From: an uncultured Candidatus Saccharibacteria bacterium
GTDB lineage: Bacteria; Patescibacteriota; Saccharimonadia; Saccharimonadales; CAYLGV01
Assembly: GCA_964394925.1 (NCBI GenBank)
Contig: CAYMZG010000004.1
Location: 31,208 to 95,207, forward strand
Direction: 5' to 3'
Length of the DNA: 64,000 nucleotides
Positions 16,747-26,232 of the stretch are shown piece after piece (the first letter of the stretch is position 1; each line of letters starts with the position of its first letter). The translations under genes were made by a program, and so were the position numbers. A model generated the notes under the pieces. It saw only the letters and a program-made list of their open reading frames with translations, was not told the DNA's origin and searched no databases.

Positions 16747-17256
16747 ATGGCAGAAGTACCAGAAAAACAAATCAAACGGTTGAAGTCGCTCATTGCAGAG
16801 GCAGAGACAAGCTTGGCTGCTGCCAAGGAATTGCTCACGAGTCTTGTTGGTGAGGATCCAGCTGTTGCTGCCAGCATCCAAGAAGAAGCTCTCGGCAAGA
16901 TTATCGAAGGTGTCTTCGACGGTCAAGCCATGGTTGGCTCAGATGGCAAGAACTATCCAGTACCCGCTAACTACGCAAGCAAATCTAAGCTCGTTCAAGG
17001 TGACATTCTAAAGCTTACCATCGCTGATGATGGCTCATTCCTGTATAAGCAAATCGGACCTGTGCCACGCAAACAAGTGGTTGGCATTCTCAAGCTCGAG
17101 AATGGTCACTACTTCGTCGACGTAAATGGCCGCCAACTTCGCGTACTGCTTGCCAGTGTTACCTACTTCAAGGCCAAGCCGGGCGACCAAGTGAGTGTCA
17201 ACGTTCCAGAAGATGACAGCCACGCCGAGTGGGCTGCGCTCGAAGCCGCACTTTAG
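16747..17256 (+). CDS. Hypothetical protein (169 aa)
   Basis: ATG at 16747 after a GAGAGA-rich RBS region. N-terminal coiled-coil-like segment and a beta-rich C-terminus. Confidence 0.55.
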   Translation: MAEVPEKQIKRLKSLIAEAETSLAAAKELLTSLVGEDPAVAASIQEEALGKIIEGVFDGQAMVGSDGKNYPVPANYASKSKLVQGDILKLTIADDGSFLYKQIGPVPRKQVVGILKLENGHYFVDVNGRQLRVLLASVTYFKAKPGDQVSVNVPEDDSHAEWAALEAAL

Positions 17257-17275
17257 TAACATCGAATGATTTTTT

Positions 17276-17303
17276 AAAACTGCTCGCACTTGAGCAGTTT
17301 TTT
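17276..17303 (+). terminator. Intrinsic terminator
   Basis: Stem AAAACTGCTC/GAGCAGTTTT, loop GCACTTG, T-run. Confidence 0.7.
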
Positions 17304-17358
17304 ATTGCTCATGGTTATCTTGCGGTTGGCACGTACAATATCATGAAAAGGAGAAGAC

Positions 17359-18078
17359 ATGTCTGAGAGAATAAAATCCAAGGGTATACGAGATATACTG
17401 ACAATACCTAATGCAATGACCACTGCACGCGCGTTGGCAATACCATGGCTCTATAAGCAGGTACGAGAGGATCCGGGGAAGAACTGGTGGAAAGCTGGTG
17501 TTTTTGCACTTTCAGACAAGGGAGATGGCTGGCTGGCTTCACAAGAAGATAAAGGTGAAAGCTGGGCAAAATTGGGATTCAGAAGGTCTGAGTTTGGACG
17601 CATCGAAGATCCTGTTGTTGACACAGCTTTCGGAGCAGCTATCATGCATGCCGGTATGAAAGCCGGGGCGATTCCAAAAAAGCTCGGTCTGGTGGGGCTT
17701 GGTCAAAAAGTTGCCAAAACCGCTGTGAGCACCTATGGTACAGCAACGGGTCATGAGCTACAGGTTTCTTACACTGGAAAATTAGGTGAAGCTATGACAG
17801 TGGCTGGTTTTGGTTTGCGTATGGGTGCTGAAGGCATCAAGCAACCAATTCTACGACGCGCAGCTCAGCTTGGATCAGAAGCACTCGCATGGACTGGCTT
17901 AGGGCTGTCGACAACAGCAGCGGTCGGCTATGCACGCGATGCTGAGATACTTCCCCAAGGAATGTCCTTCTTTGAAGTCACCGTGGAAGACTTTTCTGAA
18001 AGGGTTGTTAATATTCCAGGTTTCATAGTTAGCTCTATCCGTGGCGCACGTGGCGAAATCACAACACCAGAATCATAG
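17359..18078 (+). CDS. CDP-alcohol phosphatidyltransferase-like membrane protein (divergent)
   Basis: DKGDGWLAS ... GRIEDPVVD approximates the D-x2-D-G-x2-A-R ... G-x3-D-x3-D signature, with an insertion and R->S. Confidence 0.4.
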   Translation: MSERIKSKGIRDILTIPNAMTTARALAIPWLYKQVREDPGKNWWKAGVFALSDKGDGWLASQEDKGESWAKLGFRRSEFGRIEDPVVDTAFGAAIMHAGMKAGAIPKKLGLVGLGQKVAKTAVSTYGTATGHELQVSYTGKLGEAMTVAGFGLRMGAEGIKQPILRRAAQLGSEALAWTGLGLSTTAAVGYARDAEILPQGMSFFEVTVEDFSERVVNIPGFIVSSIRGARGEITTPES

Positions 18079-18102
18079 ATGCTTGTTCTATAATAAACCT
18101 AT

Positions 18103-19695
18103 ATGGGGAAAGCGTTGTACCGGGCCTACCGCCCGAAAAAACTTAGTGACGTCGTTGGTCAGGAGCATATCACTGACACGCTCACACGCGCCCTTGAACA
18201 AGACAGCATCAGCCACGCCTATCTCCTAACAGGGCCCCGTGGTGTTGGCAAAACGAGTATTGCGCGTATCTTGGCCTACGAAGTTAATAAATTGCCGTAC
18301 GACGAAGATGCCATTCACCTGGATATTATCGAGATCGATGCTGCCAGCAACCGACGCATTGATGAGATTCGTGATCTGAAAGAGCGTGTTAACGTCAGTC
18401 CGTCCAGCGCTCGCTATAAGGTGTACATCATTGATGAAGTCCACATGCTAACCAAAGAGGCTTTTAATGCATTATTGAAAACGCTCGAGGAACCACCTGA
18501 GCACGCCATTTTTATTCTTGCCACCACTGAAGCGCACAAAGTCCCTGAAACAATCGTAAGTCGCACACAACGCTTCACGTTCAAGCCGGTGGATCGCTCC
18601 AAAGTCATCGCTCATTTGCAGTCGATAGCCAAGCAAGAAAAGATTACGATCGACGATGGTGCACTAGAGCTGATAGCCACGCATGGCGAGGGTAGCTTCC
18701 GCGACAGCATTAGCTTGCTTGATCAGGTTCGCCACATCAACCAACACGTCACGCTTAAAGATGTGCAGCAAGCCATTGGTCAAGCACCGACCGAGCTGAT
18801 TGAACAACTGCTTACCGCTATAGCGACACATGATACCAACCAAATTATGACGGCACTTGATGAGCTGCGCCTTCAAGGCTCACAACCGGCCCAGATTGCC
18901 AAACAACTTGCCGCCCGCGTACGAAAGGGCATTACCGAAAACAATAGCCCCTTAGGCAATCATGACGGGCTGCGGTTATTGAAGCAACTATTGGGCGTAC
19001 CAAGTTCTCACGATCCTGCCTTAGCACTGGAGATCGCCATTTATGAGATAGCTCTTGAGGATAGCACACCAGTCGTAAACGCCACCGCACCAACGGCAAC
19101 ACGCGTGTCAGCCACCACACAAACAACGGTTACACCAAAGCAGCCAACCGCACAGCCAGCTCCAGATCCAGCTCAGGCACCCGTAAGCAAACCTTTACAG
19201 CCAGAACCCGAGACCGCAAAAGCAACGATTAAAGAGCCTCACGCGAGAAAAGACAAAGAAGCAGCATCCCAGTCCGAACCGTCCAAGCCAAAAAAAGCAC
19301 CGACTGAAGCACGTGAGCTAAACGCCGATTCGTGGCAGCTGGTATTGACGGCAATTCGTGGTAAATATAACACTCTGTATGGCATCTGTCGCATGGCTAC
19401 ACCAAAATTTGAGGGCGATACACTCATTTTGACCTTCACGTTTCCGTTTCACCAAAAACGGCTGAATGACGGCAAGCATCGCCAGGCCTTGCTCGATGAA
19501 ATCTACGAAGTAACGGGCCAAAATGTGAGCCTGGAAGTGTTAGTCGATAAGAACAGTACACCACCGCCCGCTCATGCACCCATAGAAGCAGTACCAAAAA
19601 CCCCGACAGCTGCACCAGAAGCACCCAATGAAGCGCCTTCGGCCGATTTAGAAGCCATAAGCAATATCTTCGGTGGCGCAGAGATAGTAGAATAG
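18103..19695 (+). CDS. dnaX: DNA polymerase III subunit gamma/tau
   Basis: Walker A GPRGVGKTS, IIDEVHMLT, SRTQRF, and a P/A/T-rich linker. Confidence 0.9.
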   Translation: MGKALYRAYRPKKLSDVVGQEHITDTLTRALEQDSISHAYLLTGPRGVGKTSIARILAYEVNKLPYDEDAIHLDIIEIDAASNRRIDEIRDLKERVNVSPSSARYKVYIIDEVHMLTKEAFNALLKTLEEPPEHAIFILATTEAHKVPETIVSRTQRFTFKPVDRSKVIAHLQSIAKQEKITIDDGALELIATHGEGSFRDSISLLDQVRHINQHVTLKDVQQAIGQAPTELIEQLLTAIATHDTNQIMTALDELRLQGSQPAQIAKQLAARVRKGITENNSPLGNHDGLRLLKQLLGVPSSHDPALALEIAIYEIALEDSTPVVNATAPTATRVSATTQTTVTPKQPTAQPAPDPAQAPVSKPLQPEPETAKATIKEPHARKDKEAASQSEPSKPKKAPTEARELNADSWQLVLTAIRGKYNTLYGICRMATPKFEGDTLILTFTFPFHQKRLNDGKHRQALLDEIYEVTGQNVSLEVLVDKNSTPPPAHAPIEAVPKTPTAAPEAPNEAPSADLEAISNIFGGAEIVE

Positions 19696-19699
19696 AATC

Positions 19700-21058
19700 A
19701 TGGAACCAAAGGGGGTCGCTCTACCACCACAAAATACCGATGCCGAAGCGAGTTTGCTCGGCGCGATTTTGATTGATACCGACGCCTTGGTACGTATTGC
19801 CGACAAAATCGCAGCTGATGATTTTTACGATGAGAAACACCGCTACATTTATGAAGCGATTATTCAATTATATGAAAAGCACAGCCCGATTGATGTTTTA
19901 ACCCTTGCAGACCAGTTGAAAGCCAATGGCACCCTCGATGCAATTGGCGGTTCATCATACCTTGCTGAGCTGACAAACTTTGTGCCGACTGCCAGCCATG
20001 TCGAACAATACGCCGACATTGTGGCCCAAAAGTCATTGCGCCGAAAACTTATTAAGGCTGCTCAAGACATCACGGGCCTTGGGTATAACGAAAGTACCGC
20101 CTTACAAGAATTAATTGAAGAGGCTGAGGCGCGCTTGTTTGAGGTAAGCCAAAAGCACATCAAGCAAGACATCACCAGCTTAGAAACCATCTTGAGTGAA
20201 AGTTTTGACCGTCTTGATGAACTCCACAAAGACAAAGGCAAGATCCGCGGTGTGCCGACCGGCTATAAGGATATGGACAATATTTTGGCCGGGTTGCAGC
20301 GCTCAGATCTGTTCATCCTGGCTGCAAGACCGTCGATGGGCAAAACCGCCCTGGCGTTGAACCTCGCCCACAACGTGTCCGTACAAGCCAAACAACCGGT
20401 GCTTATTTTTAGCCTCGAAATGAGCAAAGAACAGCTAGTGGACCGTATGCTTGCTATGGAATCAGGTGTGGATGCCTGGGCGCTCAGGACAGGCAACCTC
20501 ACGGACTCTGACTTTGAGAAAATTGGCCAGGCCATGGGCACGCTGAGCGAGGCCGAGATATACATTGATGATACGCCTGGTATTACCGTCAGTGAACTGC
20601 GCACCAAGGCGCGCCGCGAAGCCCACCTACATGATCTCGGCCTGATTATTGTTGACTATTTGCAGCTGATGAGTGGCGGTAATAAGTTTGGCGGTGAAGG
20701 TAACCGTGTGCAGGAAATTAGTGAAATATCCCGTGGTCTCAAGGGCGTTGCACGTGAGCTGAACGTGCCGCTCATTGCGCTCAGTCAGCTCAGTCGTTCG
20801 GTTGAAAGTCGAAGCCCGCAGATTCCACAGCTGGCCGACCTTCGTGAATCCGGTTCGATCGAGCAGGATGCCGACGTGGTAGCCTTCATTTACCGTGAAG
20901 ACTATTACAATCCCGAAACAGATCGCCGTAATGTCACTGATATTTTCATTAAGAAACACCGTAATGGCCCCACCGGTGCCGTTGAACTTTACTTCGACAA
21001 AGACAAGCAGCGCTTCCGAAGCCTGGACACCAAACACTCGCAGCCCTTCGAATCGTAA
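19700..21058 (+). CDS. dnaB: Replicative DNA helicase DnaB
   Basis: PPQNTDAEASLLGAIL N-terminus, Walker A ARPSMGKTA, IIVDYLQLM, SQLSR. Confidence 0.95.
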   Translation: MEPKGVALPPQNTDAEASLLGAILIDTDALVRIADKIAADDFYDEKHRYIYEAIIQLYEKHSPIDVLTLADQLKANGTLDAIGGSSYLAELTNFVPTASHVEQYADIVAQKSLRRKLIKAAQDITGLGYNESTALQELIEEAEARLFEVSQKHIKQDITSLETILSESFDRLDELHKDKGKIRGVPTGYKDMDNILAGLQRSDLFILAARPSMGKTALALNLAHNVSVQAKQPVLIFSLEMSKEQLVDRMLAMESGVDAWALRTGNLTDSDFEKIGQAMGTLSEAEIYIDDTPGITVSELRTKARREAHLHDLGLIIVDYLQLMSGGNKFGGEGNRVQEISEISRGLKGVARELNVPLIALSQLSRSVESRSPQIPQLADLRESGSIEQDADVVAFIYREDYYNPETDRRNVTDIFIKKHRNGPTGAVELYFDKDKQRFRSLDTKHSQPFES

Positions 21059-21075
21059 TGTATACTTAGGTTCAA

Positions 21076-22272
21076 ATGAAGAAGTTTAAGCTTTGGGTGC
21101 AGCTCATGTGGCGACCCATACTCATCGGGCTGGGCGTTGCGGGAGTGGTAGCTATCTTCTATGGCTTTAAGCTTGGCACCTTAACGCCTGGGGCAAGTCG
21201 TCCTGAGGTTGCCTATATAACAAGCCTACGATCAGGCAAGGCTATTGTAGACAATCCGGTCTTTGCGATGCACAAGCTGCCGGTGTACGGATTGTTTAAG
21301 TTAGGCATCAATACTATCGCTGCCTTCCGCGCCGTCAGCGCCTTTTTTGCAGCACTTTCGATTATGGGCTGTTTCTTTGTGCTCCGTGAGTGGTACACCG
21401 CGCGTGTGGCCGTACTTGGAACCGGGCTGTACATGACAAGCGCCTGGATCCTGCACATTGGTAGATTGGCCACACCAGAAGCTACCTTCTTGCTCATCAT
21501 GCCGTTTGTATGGGCAGTTATTTGGCTGTACTTTACCACGCTGCACAAGAGCGCCTTAGCATTGCTGGCGGTATTAACGGCCATGTGTTTCTACGTACCA
21601 GGTTTTTTGTGGCTGATTATCTTTATTAGTATCTGGCAGCACAAACGTATCTGGAAGGAAATCAAGAATGTGCCCGTATGGTTCCGCATTGTGTGCGTGT
21701 TTATGATGGCGATCATTTTGGTGCCACTTGCTAAAGCGATTGTTTTGCATCCGAGCGTTGGCCTTGAAGTACTCGGTTTGCCAAACAGGCTGCCAACCAT
21801 CCAGCTCCTGTGGCATAATCTTGTCCAAACACCGAGGAGCTTTGTGATTAGTGCGCCGTATGATCCAGTCCGCTGGCTTGGCCGCTTGCCACTTCTTGAT
21901 ATCTTCTGTATCGCTATGGCTGTTTTGGGCGCCTATAGCCTCCGCTACCGCATGAAAGAGGTACGGTCACATCTGATTGTTGGTGGTAGCCTCATATTAT
22001 TCGTACTCGTTGTTCTAGGCGGAATACCAATTACCGTTCTGTTCTTGCCACTGTTTGTACTCATCGCTGATGGCATCGCCTTCTTACTGAGGCAGTGGTT
22101 TACGGTCTTCCCCAAGAATCCCTTTGCTCGAGTGGTAGCCACTACAACCATTTCACTGGCTGTGCTATTTGTAGCGTTTTACCATATCAACCAATACTTC
22201 ATAGCCTGGCCACAGAACCCCGCCACCCGTGCTGCCTATAGCTATCGATTACCACCGAATCCGAACAAGTAG
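21076..22272 (+). CDS. Polytopic membrane protein (possibly GT-C/ArnT-like)
   Basis: About 10 predicted TM segments. No catalytic motif could be verified. Confidence 0.45.
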   Translation: MKKFKLWVQLMWRPILIGLGVAGVVAIFYGFKLGTLTPGASRPEVAYITSLRSGKAIVDNPVFAMHKLPVYGLFKLGINTIAAFRAVSAFFAALSIMGCFFVLREWYTARVAVLGTGLYMTSAWILHIGRLATPEATFLLIMPFVWAVIWLYFTTLHKSALALLAVLTAMCFYVPGFLWLIIFISIWQHKRIWKEIKNVPVWFRIVCVFMMAIILVPLAKAIVLHPSVGLEVLGLPNRLPTIQLLWHNLVQTPRSFVISAPYDPVRWLGRLPLLDIFCIAMAVLGAYSLRYRMKEVRSHLIVGGSLILFVLVVLGGIPITVLFLPLFVLIADGIAFLLRQWFTVFPKNPFARVVATTTISLAVLFVAFYHINQYFIAWPQNPATRAAYSYRLPPNPNK

Positions 22273-22339
22273 CCCTCTAGCGCTACCCTAGTTGAGAAAA
22301 GATTGATACAATGAAACAGATCAAACAAGGAGAGATGTT

Positions 22340-22633
22340 TTGAGTAAGCTAGACCAAGCCAAGTTGTTAATGAAGGTAAAGAAGCTGCAGAAAGAATTGC
22401 AGAAAATGATCATCGAGATTGAGAAGGGTGACGGTGCTGTTAAGGTAGAGATTACTGGAGAGCAAAAGATCAAGAAGATCAAAATCGACCCTGAGTACGT
22501 TGACCTTGACGACATTGGACAATTGGAGCGTTGGCTCGAAGACGCCGTGAAAGAAGCTATTCAAGAAAGCCAGAAGATTGCCGCCGAAAAAATGCAGCCT
22601 ATGATGGGTGCTCTCGGCGAGCTCGGTCTGTAG
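22340..22633 (+). CDS. ybaB: Nucleoid-associated protein YbaB/EbfC
   Basis: TTG start. KLQKELQK...GDGAVKVEITGEQKIKKIKIDPE is typical. Lies upstream of recR. Confidence 0.85.
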   Translation: MSKLDQAKLLMKVKKLQKELQKMIIEIEKGDGAVKVEITGEQKIKKIKIDPEYVDLDDIGQLERWLEDAVKEAIQESQKIAAEKMQPMMGALGELGL

Positions 22634-22659
22634 GCCGTTAGTTATCTGACCTACGTCGT

Positions 22660-23265
22660 ATGAGTGTTTTGCCACCAGCTCTTGAAGATCTTGTTGAAGC
22701 CCTGGGCAGTTTGCCAGGGGTTGGTTCACGTACCGCTGAGCGTTATGCATACTACTTGCTGCGCACCGATCCGGTAGTAGCGAGTCGACTGGCGGCAAGC
22801 CTTTCCGGACTTCACGACGGCGTTGGCTACTGCAAAAAAACGTTTGCCCTCGTACCAAAGGGGCAAGAGCTATCTGATCTGTACACCGATCCAAAGCGTG
22901 ACAAGCAACTCGTAGCAGTGGTGGCCGAGCCATTTGACATTCTGGCGCTCGAAAAAACTGCGCAATTTCATGGTACATATCATGTACTTGGCGGACTTGT
23001 CTCGCCGATAGATGGCATTGGGCCCGAACAGCTCCATGTAGCAGAATTGCTTCAGCGCATAGATGACGACGAAGTGAAAGAAATCATATTAGCCACCAAT
23101 GCGAGCGTGGAAGGGGAATCGACTGCGCTGTATATTCAGCAGCAAGTCGGTGACCGCACAGTGACAATTACCCGACTGGCGCGTGGCTTACCTGTCGGGG
23201 TTGATCTAGAATACGCTGATCAAATTACGCTTGGTCGCGCTCTCGAGGGCCGAACTACGCTATAG
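22660..23265 (+). CDS. recR: Recombination protein RecR
   Basis: LPGVGSRTAERYAY helix-hairpin-helix, Toprim segment, GLPVGVDLEYAD C-terminus. Confidence 0.95.
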   Translation: MSVLPPALEDLVEALGSLPGVGSRTAERYAYYLLRTDPVVASRLAASLSGLHDGVGYCKKTFALVPKGQELSDLYTDPKRDKQLVAVVAEPFDILALEKTAQFHGTYHVLGGLVSPIDGIGPEQLHVAELLQRIDDDEVKEIILATNASVEGESTALYIQQQVGDRTVTITRLARGLPVGVDLEYADQITLGRALEGRTTL

Positions 23266-23320
23266 CAGATAGGGTACAGAGCGGTACCCGCAGCACCTCT
23301 GATACGGTATACTAGAGCCA

Positions 23321-24340
23321 ATGGACGACACAAAGAAGTTGGTTGAAACGCTTGAAGCGGCACATAACGTGGTGATTATTCAGGCCGACAACCCCGATGG
23401 CGACAGCCTGGCCTCAGCCTTGGCGCTTGAACAAATCTTGGCCGACCTTGGCAAGGAACCGTTTTTATACTGCGGCGTCGAGATTCCCAGTTATCTTCAC
23501 TATATGGAAGGTTGGTCGCGTGTAAGCAAAGAGCTGCCAAGCCAATTCGACCTATCGATCATTGTTGACGACAGTTCATTGACCCTGCTCGAAACCCTTG
23601 AGCGGAGTGGTCAAAAGGGTTGGGTCGCAGGTAAGCCATGCGCTGTTATTGACCACCATAATGTTGAACTTACCATCCCATTTGCGAGCATCAACATTAA
23701 TCGGCGAGCCGTGGCCACAGGTGAAGTTATCTATGAACTAGCACATGAGCAGGGCTGGCCCCTAAACGTGACCGCAAAAAATATGCTAGCCATCTCAATT
23801 ATGTCGGATAGCCTTGGTTTGGTGAGTGAAGGCACATCACCACGTAGCATTCATATCATTGCCGAACTTGTTGAAGGAGGTGTAAGCCTCGCACTCCTCG
23901 ACAACGCCCGCCGTGAACTCATGCGCAAAAGCCCCGAGCTCGTACGCTACAAAGGGGAGCTACTTCAGCGCGTTGAGTATAGCGAAGGGAACCATGTGGC
24001 TACTATCACCATTCCGTGGGAAGAGATCGAGAAATACAGTCATGCCTACAATCCTTCGATGCTCGTGCTCGATGACATGCGTCTTACCGAAGGCACCGAT
24101 GTAGCTATCGCTTTTAAACTATACAGCGGCAACAAAGTGACGGCTAAGATCCGCTGCAACTATGGCAAAGGCATTGGCAACAAGCTGGCGGAACATTTCG
24201 GCGGCGGTGGACACCCCTATGCCAGCGGTTTTAAAGTACAAGACGGGCGTAGTTTTGAGCAGATCAAACAAGAGTGTATCGCGCTGGCCAGCCAGCTGCT
24301 CAACGAACTTGATCAACCGACTAACCAAGGAATTGCTTAA
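23321..24340 (+). CDS. nrnA: DHH/DHHA1 phosphoesterase (NrnA-like oligoribonuclease/pAp phosphatase)
   Basis: DNPDGDSLAS, IDHHN, GGGGHPYASG motifs. Confidence 0.8.
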   Translation: MDDTKKLVETLEAAHNVVIIQADNPDGDSLASALALEQILADLGKEPFLYCGVEIPSYLHYMEGWSRVSKELPSQFDLSIIVDDSSLTLLETLERSGQKGWVAGKPCAVIDHHNVELTIPFASININRRAVATGEVIYELAHEQGWPLNVTAKNMLAISIMSDSLGLVSEGTSPRSIHIIAELVEGGVSLALLDNARRELMRKSPELVRYKGELLQRVEYSEGNHVATITIPWEEIEKYSHAYNPSMLVLDDMRLTEGTDVAIAFKLYSGNKVTAKIRCNYGKGIGNKLAEHFGGGGHPYASGFKVQDGRSFEQIKQECIALASQLLNELDQPTNQGIA

Positions 24341-24343
24341 ACC

Positions 24344-25723
24344 ATGAAACTATTCAACACCTTATCCCGCGAAGTTGAAACTTTCACACCGCTCGAAGAT
24401 AAAAACGTTAAGATGTACACTTGTGGTCTCACTGTATACTCACAGCCACAAATTGGCAACTGGGTGGCATATATTTACTCCGACGTTTTAACGCGCACTT
24501 TAGCGGCAAGTGGCTTTGACGTTACGCGCATTCAGAATATTACCGATGTTGGTCACCTAGTAAGCGACGATGACGCAGGTGAAGATAAAATGGAGAAGGG
24601 CGCCAAAAAAGAGGGCCTCACCGCCTGGCAGGTCGCCGAAAAATACATCAAGATTGCTGACCATGAAGCATATGAGCTACTCGGGCTCAAACGCCCCACA
24701 AAACTGGTACGTGCCACCGACCTAATTCAAGAGCAGATTGACTTTGTGAAAAAGCTCGATAAGAAGGGCTACACCTACATTACTGATGATGGAGTATATT
24801 TTGACACGAGTAAACTGAGCGACTACGGTAAGCTGGCCAAGCTCGACATTAGTGGCCTTGAAGCTGGCGCCCGCGTAGATGTGCGTGGCAAGAAAAACAA
24901 AACCGACTTCGCCCTCTGGAAGTTCTCACCAAAAGACCAACAACGTGATATGGAATGGGATTCGCCGTGGGGCAAAGGCTTCCCGGGCTGGCATCTTGAG
25001 TGCTCGGTGATTGCGTACGAGAACCTCGGTGAACAAATCGACTTACACACTGGCGGCATTGACCACATACCCGTTCACCACACCAACGAAATTGCCCAAA
25101 CTGAATCAGTTACCGGTAAGCAGTTCTCCAAATACTGGTTTCACAACAACCACATTAAGGTGAATGGCACCAAGCTCAGCAAGTCGCTAGGCAACAGCTA
25201 CACCTTGCAGGACATTCTCGATAAAGGCTTTAGCTTAGAGGCATTTAAGCTGCTTGTGCTCTCGAGTCATTACCGCACCGAAGGCAACTTTAGTTGGGAG
25301 ATTCTGGAAGCAGCCCAAAACAGAATTGATCGCTGGCGCGAGATGTTCAACCGCCGCTGGCAACGAGATGTGCTGACCGACGACCAAACCGACATTTCAA
25401 GCGATATTCTAATAGCCCTACAAAACGATCTTGATACTCCAAAAGTACTAGCTCTCATCGACGAATACTTTGACACCGTTGATGCAAACGCTGCTATGCC
25501 AAACCGCGATACCTTGGTGAGCATTCGTGATTTGCTGGGTATTGACCTGCAGGGTGATGACATCACCGATAAGCAGAAAGCCACACTAGCCAAGAGACAG
25601 GATGCCCGTGATGCTAAAGACTGGGCCGAAGCCGACAAGCTCCGTGACACCATGGCAGAAGCAGGCCTTGGTGTACGCGACACAAGCAATGGCCAGATCT
25701 GGTATCGAATAAATCTGTCGTAG
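24344..25723 (+). CDS. cysS: Cysteine--tRNA ligase
   Basis: MYTCG, FPGWHLECS, GGIDHIPVHHTNEIAQ, KLSKSLGN (KMSKS). The HIGH position reads QIGN. Confidence 0.9.
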   Translation: MKLFNTLSREVETFTPLEDKNVKMYTCGLTVYSQPQIGNWVAYIYSDVLTRTLAASGFDVTRIQNITDVGHLVSDDDAGEDKMEKGAKKEGLTAWQVAEKYIKIADHEAYELLGLKRPTKLVRATDLIQEQIDFVKKLDKKGYTYITDDGVYFDTSKLSDYGKLAKLDISGLEAGARVDVRGKKNKTDFALWKFSPKDQQRDMEWDSPWGKGFPGWHLECSVIAYENLGEQIDLHTGGIDHIPVHHTNEIAQTESVTGKQFSKYWFHNNHIKVNGTKLSKSLGNSYTLQDILDKGFSLEAFKLLVLSSHYRTEGNFSWEILEAAQNRIDRWREMFNRRWQRDVLTDDQTDISSDILIALQNDLDTPKVLALIDEYFDTVDANAAMPNRDTLVSIRDLLGIDLQGDDITDKQKATLAKRQDARDAKDWAEADKLRDTMAEAGLGVRDTSNGQIWYRINLS

Positions 25724-25753
25724 AATTGTACAACTTTAATTTTTCGTTAATAA

Positions 25754-26044
25754 ATGTTGTCTATAATGGCAGCTATGCATGATCTTGATGATGATTCAAT
25801 TAAGGCGTTATTTGGTGAAGCAATAATTGACGAATTGAAAGCCATTCGTGAATACCTTGGTATGGTGCCGCTTGCTGGCCAACGACTCCTAACCTTAGAA
25901 GACCACGTAGCAAACATGGATGACACGCTTAAAGTCGTTTCTGCATTGGGCAGGGCACACGAAAAAGATATCGGGAAAATAAAGCAGAATATTCGAACAG
26001 TCAAAGAAGCAAGTATCCGGCTCGGCAATGAACTGACCGCATAA
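25754..26044 (+). CDS. Hypothetical small helical protein
   Basis: 96-aa ORF. The start is uncertain (in-frame ATGs at codons 5 and 8). Confidence 0.4.
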   Translation: MLSIMAAMHDLDDDSIKALFGEAIIDELKAIREYLGMVPLAGQRLLTLEDHVANMDDTLKVVSALGRAHEKDIGKIKQNIRTVKEASIRLGNELTA

Positions 26045-26232
26045 AACATAAACATAGTAAGCATTATGATGTTTCTCAACATCCACATGTGCCTTTTTGC
26101 TACAGTTCTGCTATCATAACAGCAGTAATGAACAACGGAGCTTGGGGTTATTTAGAGCACCGTTGGATGGGAGGGAGCTATTAGCATTACCGAGATAACA
26201 CTCGACTATTAATCATAACGAAAGGTAATATT

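Noticed and set aside
22367-22978. 203-aa minus-strand ORF
   Set aside because: It lies antisense to ybaB and recR, both of which have unmistakable family signatures. The ORF has low-complexity, Arg/Leu-rich composition typical of shadow frames.
23269-23290. Terminator after recR (GGGTAC...GTACCC hairpin)
   Set aside because: The 6-bp stem has no following T-run. It is not called as a terminator.
26045-26232. Possible small RNA (SRP RNA, riboswitch) in the 188-bp gap before the DUF5684-like gene
   Set aside because: No conserved SRP domain-IV motif or recognisable riboswitch core was seen. Only short, weak hairpins are present.
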